DNA from: Glaucostegus cemiculus
Lineage: Eukaryota
Length of the DNA: 64,000 nucleotides
NCBI GenBank assembly: GCA_976551045.1
Contig: CDPCPM010000292.1
Coordinates: 1-64,000, forward strand
Reading direction: 5' to 3'
Shown here piece after piece: positions 22,976 to 35,850 of this stretch. The first letter of the stretch is position 1, and every line of letters begins with the position of its first letter. The notes under the pieces were generated by a model. That model worked only from the letters and a program-made list of their open reading frames with translations, was not told the origin of the DNA and ran no database searches. The translations under genes were made by a program, and so were the position numbers.

Positions 22976-23959
22976 ATTATGGACTAGTATGGATTGCCAG
23001 AATTAGTATAGATGGTTAGCATGTACAAGGTGGGCCCATGGTCCTGTTTCTGTGCTATATGACTCTTGACTCCCACAAAAGGAATTTTAAGATGAGTGAA
23101 CAGAAGATTTCTCAATGAAGTGAGCTTAAAGGACGTTCTGAAAGAGGGGTAAAGCATTGGAGAGGTTCAAAGATCAAATACCAAATCTTAGGGCCAAGGC
23201 AGCCAAAAGCCTGGCCTCAGTGGTAAAGTGAATAGCCAGCCAGAATTTGAGTTCTTCAACTGAAACCTGACTTCATTGGTGTGTGGAAGTGGAAGAAAGA
23301 AACACACAAAAAATGATTGGACGAATGCAATACAACAACAGGCAACAGCACACAGCAGTAGTTTACAGGTAGACCCAGAGAATTCCTAGGCACTGGGAAA
23401 GTATTGGTTCTGATTGTGCTTGACCCAGCCATCTGCCTCAGCTTGTCTCCCACACTGTTCCCATGCCTACATCTTTGCAGCTCCATGGGATTGAACGACT
23501 TGGAGTCTGGATTCCCCAACCATCCCAAAAGACAAACAACACAGCCATTGGTAGCTAAGCCTCAGGTGCCAGATCCTAGAACACCCTGAAGGCATGTTGA
23601 CAGGCTGGTTCTGTCAAAGGCTTCAACTATATTTAAATGGCTCTGAATGTTTTATTTAAACCACTCCCCACTTGAGCCATATAAAGCTTGTTAAATCTTA
23701 ATGAAGCAGTTGCTTGTTCACTTGTTGCTCATGATCACAAATACCCAAGCAAAAGTACAAATGAATGACTAAAATTGAAATCTAATAATCAGGAGGGAGT
23801 GATTGACAAAATTCCTGAGATATTGACAGCTCAGTACCAAAGTAACCAAGACAAATTCAGCATTAACTAGGGAGTGAATAGGAAGGAAAAATTTAAATTG
23901 GTGGAGAGGAACATTTGCAGACCAAAAGCTTACTTTTAATGGGGAAGGAGTTTCCAACT

Positions 23960-24840
23960 CAAGCTGCTACATTATAGCTGTAACAATGATCATGTGGAAA
24001 ATTGCCCTGGTATGTTTCAAAATGCAGGGCAAATCCAATCCAGCTAATTACTATCAAATCAGTCTGCCATCAATCATAAGCAAAATGATGGAAGGCACTG
24101 GTTGACCAGTGTGATCCAGAGCAATAAGACCTACTTCTACTCTGATCTTAAAATGCTTGGTTTAGGTTTGACAGGAGCACTCAACTCCAGACTTATTTAA
24201 ACCTTTCATCCAAATGTAGACAAAAGTGCTGAATTCCATAGACAAATAACTTCCCTTAACATTGATGTGGCATTGTGAAGCCTGATTTTAAAAACTGCAG
24301 AAAATCAAAACTGAGGGGGGAAACTTTCCACTGGGTAATGTTTATGGATGCTGGAGATCAATATCTCAGCTGCAGGACATTGCTGTGGGAATTCCTTGGA
24401 GCATTGTCCTTGGCTATACCAGTTTCGGCAGCTTTGTCAATGACTTCCATTCCATTTGTCAGAAGCAAGGATGCTTCCAGAGGATTACGCAGTATTCAAT
24501 TCCATTTAGTCCTCTTCAGGAAATGAGACTGCCCATGCCTGCCTCTAGCAGGACCAAGACAAGATTCAGCCACAAATCTTGTGGCTAGTAATACTCGTGC
24601 AACCAAGTGCTTGGCCATTAATGTCTTCAAGAAAGAGACTAACCCCCTCTGCTGTCTGTATAGCCATGGTAATTCCAGTCCTGACTCCCAGAGCACTTCC
24701 AACATTTACAGGGCACAAGCTCCCCATTTATTTGGATGTATGCAGCATCAATAATGCCCAGAAATTGGAAACAAGCTAAGACAAGGCAGCCCAATTGATT
24801 GGCATTCCCTCATTTCTCCTTCACTAGGAGCCCAATGACA
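23960..24840 (+). mobile_element. Degenerate CR1/L2-group RT remnant
   Basis: WKIALVC...KSNPANYYQISLPSIISKMMEG-like motif near 23995-24095. Confidence 0.55.
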
Positions 24841-25495
24841 AGGCTAGCATGTATTGTTTATCACTGCCCAACCATGAGAAAGTAGCAGTGAGCATTCCTT
24901 CAGCTGGATGGGAGATTCCAGAATTTAGACCCACCAGAGATAAGTGATCAGCAATATATTTCCATGTTAGATTGAAATGTGACTTGGAGTGGAACTTGTA
25001 GGTAGTGGTGTTTCTGTTGTCTCGTTTTTCTTGATGGTAGGCAGTACAGGGGCGAGAGATTTTGTAGCAGTATCCTGGGTGAGTAATTACATTGCATTCT
25101 GTAGATGGTAAACATCCATCACCCTAAACATTCATTACCAGCATACCAAGGCTACAGCATGTACTATTTGCAGTTTTCTTATTTGCAGTAGACTCGCAGC
25201 CTCAATAGCCTCAATGTATTTTTTTTTTTGGTGGGGGGGGCAGGGACGTGAGTGTTTTACATTTCCACTTGCTTTTGTGTATGTTTGTCTTGTGTGTTTG
25301 TTGTTTTCTGTTGTCAAAATCCTCACCAGTGATGGGGCAATAAGTGATGCAGAGGGAGTGCAAGTTCTGTGCATGCAAACTGTTTACAGAATCAGTGTAG
25401 TCTAATTCCCAATAATGTCAGAATGATAAAGTACTCAAGCTTATCTTCAAAACAATGTGTCCTAACATCTGTTCTACTTTTGATTTGAAATGTAG

Positions 25496-25578
25496 TGAAG
25501 AAGCAGAGGCTCTCGCTAAAAGGTTGAAGCTAAGATTTTATCGGGCTTCTGTGAAGGAAGATTTGAATGTGAATGAAG
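25496..25578 (+). CDS. RAB23: RAB23 coding exon 4 (NEEAEALAKRLKLRFYRASVKEDLNVNE)
   Basis: G5-region SVK; tgtag| acceptor, G|GTGAGT donor; 83 nt. Confidence 0.97.
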
Positions 25579-25939
25579 GTGAGTTGTCTCCATCTCTCTT
25601 CAGCCTCTTTCCCAGAAATTTGTGTCTTTGTTAGCTCTTTGACTGACTGCTTTGACAAAGCTGTGCATTGGTAGGATAAAAAGATAAAATATGAATTTTA
25701 CATCATTGAGTGTATTGTGCATCTTTTGGAATGCTATTGCAGTTTCTTTGTTTAAGCTCATTTATTGAAATTGGTGTATTTTTAACACATTTTGTAGAAA
25801 AGCAATCCATTTCTCTGGGCAAAGAGGCGTTAAGCAAAATGATCTCACCGGAATAATGTGCATTGTACTCGATAATGACATTGGAATATATACATATAAT
25901 TGTGGTGAGCTCCAAGCTTAAGTTACTCTGTCTCCACAG

Positions 25940-26029
25940 TTTTCAAGTACCTGGCCGAGAAGTACCTTCAGCGACTCAAACAGCAAACCACTGAAGAAGA
26001 ACAAGTGCACACAACAAGCAATCGCATAG
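25940..26029 (+). CDS. RAB23: RAB23 coding exon 5 (VFKYLAEKYLQRLKQQTTEEEQVHTTSNRI)
   Basis: ccacag| acceptor, G|GTACCT donor; 90 nt; frame joins both neighbours. Confidence 0.93.
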   Translation, partial: FSSTWPRSTFSDSNSKPLKKNKCTQQAIA

Positions 26030-26539
26030 GTACCTTGTGCCTCATCTTCAGCTGCTGCTCCTAAACATCTTTAGGGCATATAACAATACCTCAGAGTTGT
26101 CACTTAAATACCTGACAACCTCAAGTGTCATATTCATCTGAACTTTCAAAGATTTCCATTGTTAAAACAGCACTTATGTGGAACTAGGTGATGCAAAGGT
26201 TAGAGAAAACCTGCAGTTCAAATATAGGATGTATTTCTGCTCTAGCTACTTACTTTTTTAGGATCCTTTATAGTCTCTTGTGAGCAACTGCTCACAACAG
26301 TCCAGGCCAAGAAATATCCCATAGATTCTTCTCTCTCAATTCTCTATACTTGATTACTTTTGTTGACAAGCTTAACAGCTGTCTTTCCTTTGCTTTTGAG
26401 ACTTTAATTCCTCTAATTCCTTCAGTTGCCCATAAACTCTGTCACCCTGCTGTAATCCAAACTGCATCTTAATGCTCTGGTTGTTCACTTCCACATCTGA
26501 GTGGTTCACTTCAAGAAATACCAGTTATCTTCCCTCCAT

Positions 26540-27625
26540 AGCTAAATACTCCAACCAAGGACGACTGAAAAGATGTCTGAACTGAGTGAAAGGTTTTTAT
26601 TAGGAGTGGATAGTAAAGATCATAGAACCAAACCAAGTTGCTGGAGATCAGATACAGATCAGCCATAATCTAAATGAATGGTGGGAGATGCTTGAGGCAC
26701 TGGCTGCCCGACTCTTTATGTTAACCTGCATTCCAGTTTTACGTAAACTAAGTGGCTCCCTACAACTCAGGGTAAGTGTGGAAATCTTTCCTCTCATGGG
26801 AGGGCATGGACACAGAGAAGAAAGTCTTTCTCATCTCAGTCTCTTATTCTAAGTAGATGGTGAGCTTCTGGAACTCCTTGCCACAGAGGTACGTGGGGGC
26901 AGAGTCCTTGGGTATTTTGAAGGCTGAGCTGGATAAATAGTTTTGTAATCTGTGAGGGAATCAACGGTTATGGGGAAAGGGCAGGAAGGTGGAAGAATGT
27001 CAAATAAGCTATGATCGTGGCAAAAAAAGACTGAAGGGCCTGAGTGGCCCACTCCTGTTCCTACTACTTATGGTCTTGTACGCTAAGAGAAATGAGTGGA
27101 ATTGGGAAACACTGGGGGGTGGGAGAACATAGAACTTTAAACCTTGCCTAAGACTATCTAACCCCTTCCTCCCATATGCTTATCTAGCAATCTCTTGAAC
27201 TTGACCAATGTACCTGCCTCCACCACCACCCCAGGCAGCGCATTCCATGCCCCAACCACTCCCTGGGTAAAAAAAACCTCCCTCTGATATCTCCCTTAAA
27301 CTTCCCACCCATTACCTTAAAGCCATGCCCTCTTGTAATGAGCACTGGTGCCCTGGAAAAGTGCTGGCTGTCAACTCTATCTATTCATCTTAATATTTTG
27401 TACACCTCTATCATGTCTCCCACCCATCTTCCTTCTCTCCAAAGAGTAAAGCCCTAGCTCCATTAAGTCTCTCCTCATAATGCATACTCTCTAATCCAGG
27501 CAGCATCCTGGTAAATCTCCTCTACACCCTTTCCAATGCTTCCACATCCTTCCTATAATGAGGCGACCAGAATTGGACACAGTACTCTAAGTGTGGTCTA
27601 ACCAGAGTTTTGTAGAGCTGTATCA
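26540..27625. mobile_element. CR1 3' fragments: + strand ~26540-27080, - strand ~27125-27625
   Basis: gaagggcctgagtggcc.actcctgttcct tail; minus-strand [21 protein letters not shown] motif at ~27540-27610. Confidence 0.75.
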
Positions 27626-29218
27626 GATGTGCATCAACAAACATTTACAATATGTAGCTGGCGTACCCCTTCCTTCTGCACATTATCTGTTTCTATTATT
27701 CCTCAGGGCAGAGAACAAGCTTCGCTCGATATCGAATTATGCCACAAAGCCCTTTCTTCCTATTTCTGCTCTTGCCTTAAATTAAGCAAGAGGTGGTAAT
27801 GTCTTTTTACTTGGCTGCCACTCTGGTTACTTGTATCTTCTCTGCTGATCAATGTGAAATAATATAATTATAACATGCAAGCTGAAACTGTTTTGTCTAT
27901 CAGACCTGGTTGAGTTATCCATTTTGACACCTTCCCTGATGTTTCACAATAACTGCAAATTTCTCCTTTTTCTCCCGGGTATGTATATATCCAGTTCCCT
28001 CTGGAAACTTACCACTGGATTTGCTTCATCCACCCATTTGGGCTTTGCTTTCCAGATTGCAACAACAAGCCATGTCCTGTGCTAATCGTCTTAAATCAAT
28101 GCTCTCCGGTTACTAGCAGTCTCACCACTGAATTCACTTTCCTCTTTTTGCTGCATCAAAACCTTTCCTGATTTGAAAATCACTATCAAACCATTGTCTC
28201 TGCCAGCTTCTCTGCCCCTTGGAGAACAACCCCAGTTTTTGGGTCTCCTAACAAATATTATGTAATAACAAGTATTATACATTGTATGTGGATCAGTCTC
28301 TTTCATTCTCCCTTGGGCAAAAGATGGTTTATAATGGATACCCAGGAGCTATGCAGAATTTTTTTTGTTCACAGCGATGAACAGTTTTGTGCAGAGGCCA
28401 AAATGTGCTGAATGATGCAGCTCTGCTGTAGCTCTCTTCTAGTTGGTTTAATTTGTATTAGATTTTAGATCAATATAAAAATTAAACTGGATCTTTGAGG
28501 TTGCTACACACACTAAGCCATGAATGATATTCAGGCTATGGCTAAAAGAGACCATTCTGGTAGCAAAGCTGACATGATTTATAAAGTGGTTTGGTGGAAG
28601 ATTGTGTTTCGACGCTAGAAACTACACGCTGCCACTATTGATTTCTCTTCTCTCCTTTTCCCCTCCTCACCCGATCACACTTGTTGAATGTGCTACTGCA
28701 GAAACCCACTGGTGGCTTGCTGCTGTGCCAGGGTAGGGAGAGAGGCAACAGGCAACTTCATATGGCTTGGCAAGTCATCAGGGAGACAAGAGGGGAATGC
28801 AAGCGGAGTCTGTGTGCTGTGATGAGTGTGTGTGTGATAGGGAGGAATGCTGCACTGATTGTCAAACCTTGAGGGGTTTGGGGTCTGGGGGAGGCATGGG
28901 ATTGGAGCTGGGCAGTCAGTGAGAGCAATTAGTATGTGGGGAAACTCCAGTTTCACTTGGGAGTTGGGAAATAATTAATTCCCTTGATGAAGTTGGTACA
29001 AGTTTTGGAGGGGAAAAAATGAAGTAGTTATTACTTTTATGAAAGACCCATGTACAGTTTGAGAACAGGTTTGAGGGATGTGTTTCCTCGGTGCTATGCC
29101 TCAACATTGTGTAAGTCTTTAACTCTTACTTTGAATTGCACTAATTTAAAGCACAATGACTGGTAACTGTGCACAAGGTGTATCAACTTCAATCACTAAA
29201 ATTTCTTCTTTCCCCCAG

Positions 29219-29358
29219 GAGTATTTAACACAGCTGGTGGCAGTCACTCTGGCCAGAACACAAGCACAATAAACGGTGGTGAGGTTATCAGCCTTCGGCC
29301 GAACAAGCAAAGAACCAAGAAGAACAGAAGTCTCATGGGTCGCTGCGGGAGACTGTAG
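29219..29358 (+). CDS. RAB23: RAB23 last coding exon (GVFNTAGGSHSGQNTSTINGGEVISLRPNKQRTKKNRSLMGRCGRL*)
   Basis: tttcccccag| acceptor; RAB23-typical LRPNKQRTKKNR polybasic tail and terminal Cys; spliced CDS 711 nt = 236 aa + stop. Confidence 0.97.
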
Positions 29359-30535
29359 CCATTCCCTTGCACTGCAGAGTCGAAGTTCACCGTGTGTACA
29401 ACTGTTCCGATCAGTAAGATGGTTTTTAATTTAGATATTCTGAAGCATCAGTGGTAGGTAATAATTACAGACAACGCAGTACTTGGCTAACCGACAGCTC
29501 TGCTCGTGTAGAGGCTTTCAGAAAACAAATCACTTAATGGATTGGAATTTGTTTGGAGAGGGTGTGTTGTTTTAAGACAGCATTATCCGTCTGTGAACGG
29601 AATGGACGATCATTGGTTTGTCTGATTGCTGCAGCTTTGTGTGGGTTGCTCCAAGTTTGTAGATTTGTTTGCAAGTTGGTCACCTGCTACATTCTGAAAT
29701 CAGTGCACTCGACTTGTGTGACTTCGGCCAGACCTACAATTCTGTCTAACGGGAGAGCAGCAATGAGTGTAATGTGATTTGTTGGCAAGAGCACCATTCA
29801 AAAGAAAGGGTAGTCCGGACACCGGATCGAGACTCACCAGTCCAGCTGACAATACTGTCCTTTAGGGAATTTACCTTTTCAAAGAAAGACGTTGCAATGA
29901 ATTATGAAAATCTATTGTCATTTGAACAGATATAACGTAAACATTGCCATGTGTGCTTTACATTTGTGGTTGTTAATTGTCGGAACTAATTCTGATGAAT
30001 TGTGCAATATTTCAGTGTTGACTGCAGCTTGGAGAAGGATATTTTGCTACTAGTAGATTTTTTTTTCCATATTCAGATGTTTTCAGTTGATTGTTTGGAT
30101 AATTTGTACAAAAAAAAAGAGTATTTGCCATTTGATATTCGAATGTTTGTATTCTTAAATTTGCTGATTGTCTGCGTAAGACATTTTTTTTCTATTGATT
30201 GTGTAATCATGTGTACTGGTTGTGTGCATGCAACATTGGCATCATTTCCTGGAAGGACCTCCTTACACAGAGCAAGAGTTTTGCACAAGTGCCAAGTCAG
30301 TACTGCAATTATCGCCTTTGCCTTTCATTGTCCTCGCAAGAGCATAAGAAATCTCATACCAGGTCCCTAAATGACCTGCAGCAGGTGGCTTTATCTGAAG
30401 TTGCTATGCTTGCCTGCTGGAAACACTACAATAATCCTACCACTCTGTGTAGCCAGGGATCTCATGTTCATGACTGAGTGATTGTTGTTTTTCTGTTCCT
30501 TGTCATTGCAGGCTTCTTAGTGGAATTATTTTTTT

Positions 30536-30700
30536 TTAGAAAAACAAAATGTTGGAAGCACTTAAATGGTCAGGCAGCATCTGTGGAAAGGGTGTTCAGC
30601 TTGAAAGATGAACACTGTTTCTCTCTCCATGGATGTTTCCTGACCTTCCAAGTACTTTCAGCATTTTCTGTTTTTATTTCAGATTTCTAGCATCTGCTGT
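30536..30700. mobile_element. Inverted Penelope pLTR pair (similar element at ~31825-32005)
   Basis: aaaatgttggaagcact...ggtcaggcagcatctgtgga ... tccatggatgtttcctgacc...cagcattttctg. Confidence 0.55.
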
Positions 30701-30936
30701 TGTTGATTTTCTTGGGGTTGTCTTACTGCAGTTAATGAATGACACTCTAAGGTGAGGTTTTGTGAATCTGAGCACTACCTGAATATTTTCTGCACACTTA
30801 GCCTAAACTGGAATGTGAAGAAAAAGCAGACAGGAGAAGGCCAGTTGGAATGGGAAGCCCATCGTATAGATCTCCACAACCATACGCCATCCTCCCTCCC
30901 CACAGCCATGTGACCTCCTGACAGGTGAGAGAAATC

Positions 30937-31206
30937 AGCGTAATGCTTTACAGCGCCAGTAACTCAGGTTCAAATCCAGCCACTGTCTATAAAGAGTTTG
31001 TACGTTCTCCCCGTGTCTGCATGGGTTTCCTCCAGGTGCTCCAGTTTCCTCCCACATTCCAAAGACGCACAGGTTAGGAAGTTGTGGGCATGCTATATTG
31101 GCGCCGGAAGCGTGGCGACACTTGTGGGCTGCCCCCAGAGCACTACGCAAAAAGATGTATTTCATTGTGTGTTTCAATGTACATGTGACTAATAAAGATA
31201 TCTTAA
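30937..31206 (+). mobile_element. V-SINE, tail type A
   Basis: Partial head, V-domain, tail gtgactaataaagatatctta. Confidence 0.85.
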
Positions 31207-31325
31207 AAGAAGGGGGGGGAAATCATTCTCCATTTGCTCAGTGGTCATCTCAAGCAATCGAAAGCAGTCTGGAAGATTAGAGATGGGTGTTTATTTCTCA
31301 GACACCTCAAGTTTGACTTTAACAT

Positions 31326-31620
31326 GGGGCAGAACAGTGGCACAGTTAGTAGAACCACTGCCTGGCAACTCCAGTGAACTGGGTTCAATCCTGATGTGGA
31401 GTTTGCATGGTACCTCTGTGACTGTGTGGGTTTCCTCCAGGTGCTTTCATTTCCTCCCACAGCCCAAAGAAATGTTAGTTAATTGGCTGCTCTAAGTTGC
31501 CCCTAGTGTGTGGGTGAGCGGTTGAATGCAGAGAACATAAAATGGGATTAGTATAGGACCAGGGTAAATGAGTGGTCAGTGGAGACTCAATGGGGCTGTT
31601 TCCATGCTATTGACTCTGTC
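31326..31620 (+). mobile_element. Older HE1-like V-SINE
   Basis: ggcagaacagtggcacagttagtaga head, tgtggagtttgca V-domain, ttgcccctagtgtg, ggagactcaatgggg..tgtttccatgct tail. Confidence 0.7.
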
Positions 31621-34600
31621 ACTAACTGCTGCTGGAAATCAGGTATCTTTATTACAGTTAGTGTCACTCCTGCTCTCCCTGGACGATATCAGAGAAATAA
31701 AACTAATTCTACTTCTCGCATTGTTCCTCTGACCAGCCATATTGAGGATTAAACACTCTAATCATAGCATTGACTAATACACAGCCATTTGCAAGAACGA
31801 CAATACCCAACATCAGAAGATCTCAAAAACTGCAGATGCTAGAAATCGAAAATAAAACCGGACACTGCTGGAAACAATCAGCTGGTTAAGCAGTATCTGT
31901 GGGAAGAGAGACAGAGTAAACACTTTGTTCTGAGAAAGGGTCTTTGAGGCAACGGATACTGCCTGAATTGTTGAGTGTTACCAACAATTTCTGTTTTTGT
32001 TCCTAAAAATTGAGTCTGATGTGTTAGTCGCACAAATCAGAGAGAAGCCAAAATGGTGAGGTTCATATTGCCTATCAACCCCACTAATTTCCCACAGATG
32101 ACACGCAACCTTCTTCACCATAAATTCATTCCAGCTCAAAGCTTCAAATTTTGGAGGAAGGGTTACTGACCTGTAACAGCTCTGTGTTATCTACCCAGTA
32201 GGGATGTGTGGGAAGCAAGCTTGGATTTTTTTTTTCTTGCTGGGTTGAGGAATAATATTCGCATGTGGCCAGAACAAATGGAATTCTTTGCTCCTGAGGG
32301 CTTTGTTCTGGTGCAAGTGAAAGTTATTGGTGAGATTTCAGGTTCTGGAGATAATAGATTATTTGAGCATTCATTTGATCAGTAGATTTTTCTGGCTTGT
32401 TACATTGCCCATGAGATCTTCATCTTGTACCACTGATGACTTGAGAACAAACCAGCCATTTAAAGGTGGTCTTCTTCCCTGCCCTATTTCACATAATCAC
32501 TGTCTCCCTCTGCAGAAGTTTTACTCCCAATTATTTAACCTGAGGTATGGGTTTCTGGTTCTGTTCATTAAAGGCTCCAGCAATTGATAAGAAGTTTATA
32601 TTTTTGAATATCATCAGTGCTTCTTAACAGAGAAGCTAGAATTGCCCCAAGTGGATCACCCTCTGAGAGGGAAAGGTGGGCCTTACTTGTGAAATCCTGA
32701 TGTTTTGGTGAAGCGCAAACTTCCATTTTGCCAACCCACCTGTATTTTCCTGCATGTTCCCCAGAAGAGAATACCTCCATATGGTTAAACATAAAATATA
32801 TGGCTTCCAAGTTCGTAGAACTTCCCAGTACAGATACAGTCTTGTCTATTCTAACAATAGTGTAAACACTGAGGTGTTAGTCCCTGCAAAAGATTTTCTT
32901 TGAAGAATTTTTTAACAAAGCTGTTATGTACTCAATATATATGTATATATGGAAAATTTGGGTTGTGTTAAAATGCAACCAGTGTTAAATCAATCTTTTA
33001 TTGTCTGTCTGTTCAATTTACTTCAGTTAACGGTTTATTGGAGGTCTGCAACTCTGAAGTGAAGATGAATATTGTGGGTTCATTGCTCGACAATAGAGGT
33101 GGGTGGTGGGGAGTTGGGCCATTCGGAGCCATTTTTAACCAGTCTTTCTCAAAATGTTGATTTGCCTCATTGTACTCCCCACACTATCCTGATAGTTTCC
33201 CAAAGGCTGACTCTTCTCAGTACTCATTCACTAACACACTGCCTTGCTGGTGTAGTGGTCAGAAATCTTGAGCATGTGACTGGGACACCAGCTGGGAGTG
33301 CGCTTTGAGGAAAATTGGCTCCAGGGACCAACCTGTAGCTCCCTTCATATTGCTGCTGAGATATTTTGCACGGTTTGTTGCCTTTGTACTTGCACATTAA
33401 TTGGATATAGAATTGCCATGCCTTTCAGTTCAGTGGAGGGCTTGCTGCAGAATCATAAGAAAGATTTTAAAAAAAACCCAAAAGGCCATTCAGCCCATTA
33501 TGTGTCTGTCAGCATTCTCATTGAGCGTCCAATTAGTCTCATTCCCTTTGTGTCCACTGTCTCTAAGAATATCCAATTAGAACTATCCCTTGTCCTTGAA
33601 ATTTTTCCCCTGATTGTTTGTCCCTTTTCCCATCGCATGATGTAAAATCTGTTGCCATGGAGCTAGCTTCCACTAATCTGCATCCGGAGTTGGGTCAGAG
33701 TACTGCTGGCTGAAAGCCTGAGGGAACAGTGACTTGGAGCCTGAAGGCTGGAGTGCCTCACGGAAAGGTATATTGGAGCAGAAGTCTCCAGATTTCTGAT
33801 CGCTGCATGGAGTCAAACTCTTGCAGCTGCACCACTCTCAATCTGGCACTTGTGTTAACAACCACGGGCTGTTTCAACCCCATTCTGTGCTGTGATTAGA
33901 AATTTGCAAAAAAAAAATAACACCCAGTAGGCTGGGTGTGGTGAGATCAGGCAAGCAAAATAACATTCAGTTGGCTGATATTTGTAGAAACCTGGGCCAG
34001 TTCCAGCCTTTTAACTCAACTTGAGAAATTTCCAGACTCCTCAGATTGTTGAATAAAATATTCCCCATTCCAATCCAGATGATGTGCAAGTATTATGGTC
34101 AAAACAAAACAGATCTTAGTCTGTTAAACATTGAAGGCATGTGCACCTACCCTCCTATCAACCCCCTCTTGTTTGCAGCAGTCCACTCGGCACCTTACCC
34201 TCCTTCTGAAGGGCAAAGCACAGAATCTCACATCCCCTAGTTCCTTTGCCCATCCCCTAAATCTGTGTTCTCTGGTTACACACTTTCCTTCTATGGAAAC
34301 GGTTTCTACTAATTCACTCTGTCAAAACCCTTCAAGATTCTGAATGTTCCCATTAAACCTCCTGAGGAAAGGCAAGATGGCTCTAGGTCTCAGTTCAGCT
34401 TCAGAGCACAGAAGCAGGCCATTTGACTGCACGTGGCCTTGCTGGTGTCTTTGCTCCACCCCACTTCATCCTGCCCTGTTGTCATGTCCCTCCATTCCTT
34501 CTCCATCACACATTTACCAGCTTCTTGCATCTATCCAGCTGTTGGCCTCCACATTCCAATCACTTGAGTTTCTCCTGGACTACTTGTTGGATTAATTGTA

Positions 34601-35667
34601 TTGATGGTGCCTAGATTTGGACCTCGCACCCTCATGCACTTCCCCTTCCCCGTCCCCCCCCCCCCCACCCCAACCACTGTCAAATCATATTCAGCTATCT
34701 GCTATAAACCCCGTACCTTTAAGTCTTCTAGTAGGTGAAAGCCAGAGGTGCTCTGAGTCAAGAATGGAAGCCACATTGGCTCCCTCACCAAACTAGTAAG
34801 TTATGGGCTGCTAACTGCTTATAATAAAAAGCAGCTAATACAATCAGGGATGGAAAGCCTGCAGTTAATGCAGCTACCCCATTCCCACACTCGCTGCAGT
34901 CGAGACGCTTCCATCAGAAATCAGCAAACTGCACAATCTGGGGATTTAATCCTGTGGCACTATCACATGCTGAGCCACCCAGGTTCTCAGTGACAGGGAA
35001 CTGCAGGAACAATGAAGAGAGAACACCCCTGAGCTCAACCCCATCAATAATTTAAAGCCCAGCGATAAAACCCGAGGGCTAACTTTCTGATGTCTCACCA
35101 ATTGGAAGTGCCCATTTAAAAATATAGGGAAATGCACTGCCTGTGATTTTCTAGATATTTTTTCATTCATTGTCACATTATGTACAAGAATTTCCAGTAA
35201 CTTAAGTTCCTGAACTTATTCCCTCAGTTTGCTCCTGCTGATCTAAGTTAGTTTTATAATTGCCTATACTTAGGATTTAGTTGTTATGCACAAGTAGGTT
35301 TCCAAATGATAAATGAAACAAAATTGCCGCTGTGTACTTTTTGCTGATGAAAATCAAATCATAAAAACACTACGTGTTCATTGGTATCCATTGGTATAAT
35401 GTTACAAAGGCATGAGATCTTGGTTTTGATGTGCCCCCACTCTTGCTGTGATCAGGTACAGTAATGCACAGCAATGTAACTTCCTATCACAGAGGGAGCA
35501 TTTTATTGATGATTTCAGAACAGGTTGTTCCACTTGCAAAGGAGCCAATTATTATTGCGATGTGACCATGCTGATGTGATTGTTCAGGCGCACATGCATT
35601 GGCTATTGAGATCTCCGAGCACACTATTCCTAATAAGTTGTTACTGAATTTGTACTTTAAGCTATGT

Positions 35668-35850
35668 AATAAATCAGTTTTGTGGTCAACTATAACTGGT
35701 AAAAAGATTCCTTTAATTGTTTCTTCTTCTGTTTCTCCAACTGCTGTGATGCATGTATCTGTTACAAAGTGCCACACTAAAAGTTATCACATTACAAACA
35801 TAGAACAGTTTTTTTAATTATTATTTCTATGTAACAATTTTAATAATAAA
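35668..35850 (+). terminator. RAB23: Candidate distal RAB23 polyadenylation signals (AATAAA 35668-35673 and 35845-35850)
   Basis: Both preceded by TGTA motifs and followed by T-rich tracts, in non-repetitive AT-rich sequence. Confidence 0.4.

Noticed and set aside
28570-28582. Adjacent MEIS-like TGACAT and PBX-HOX TGATTTAT motifs
   Set aside because: Short motifs with no independent support
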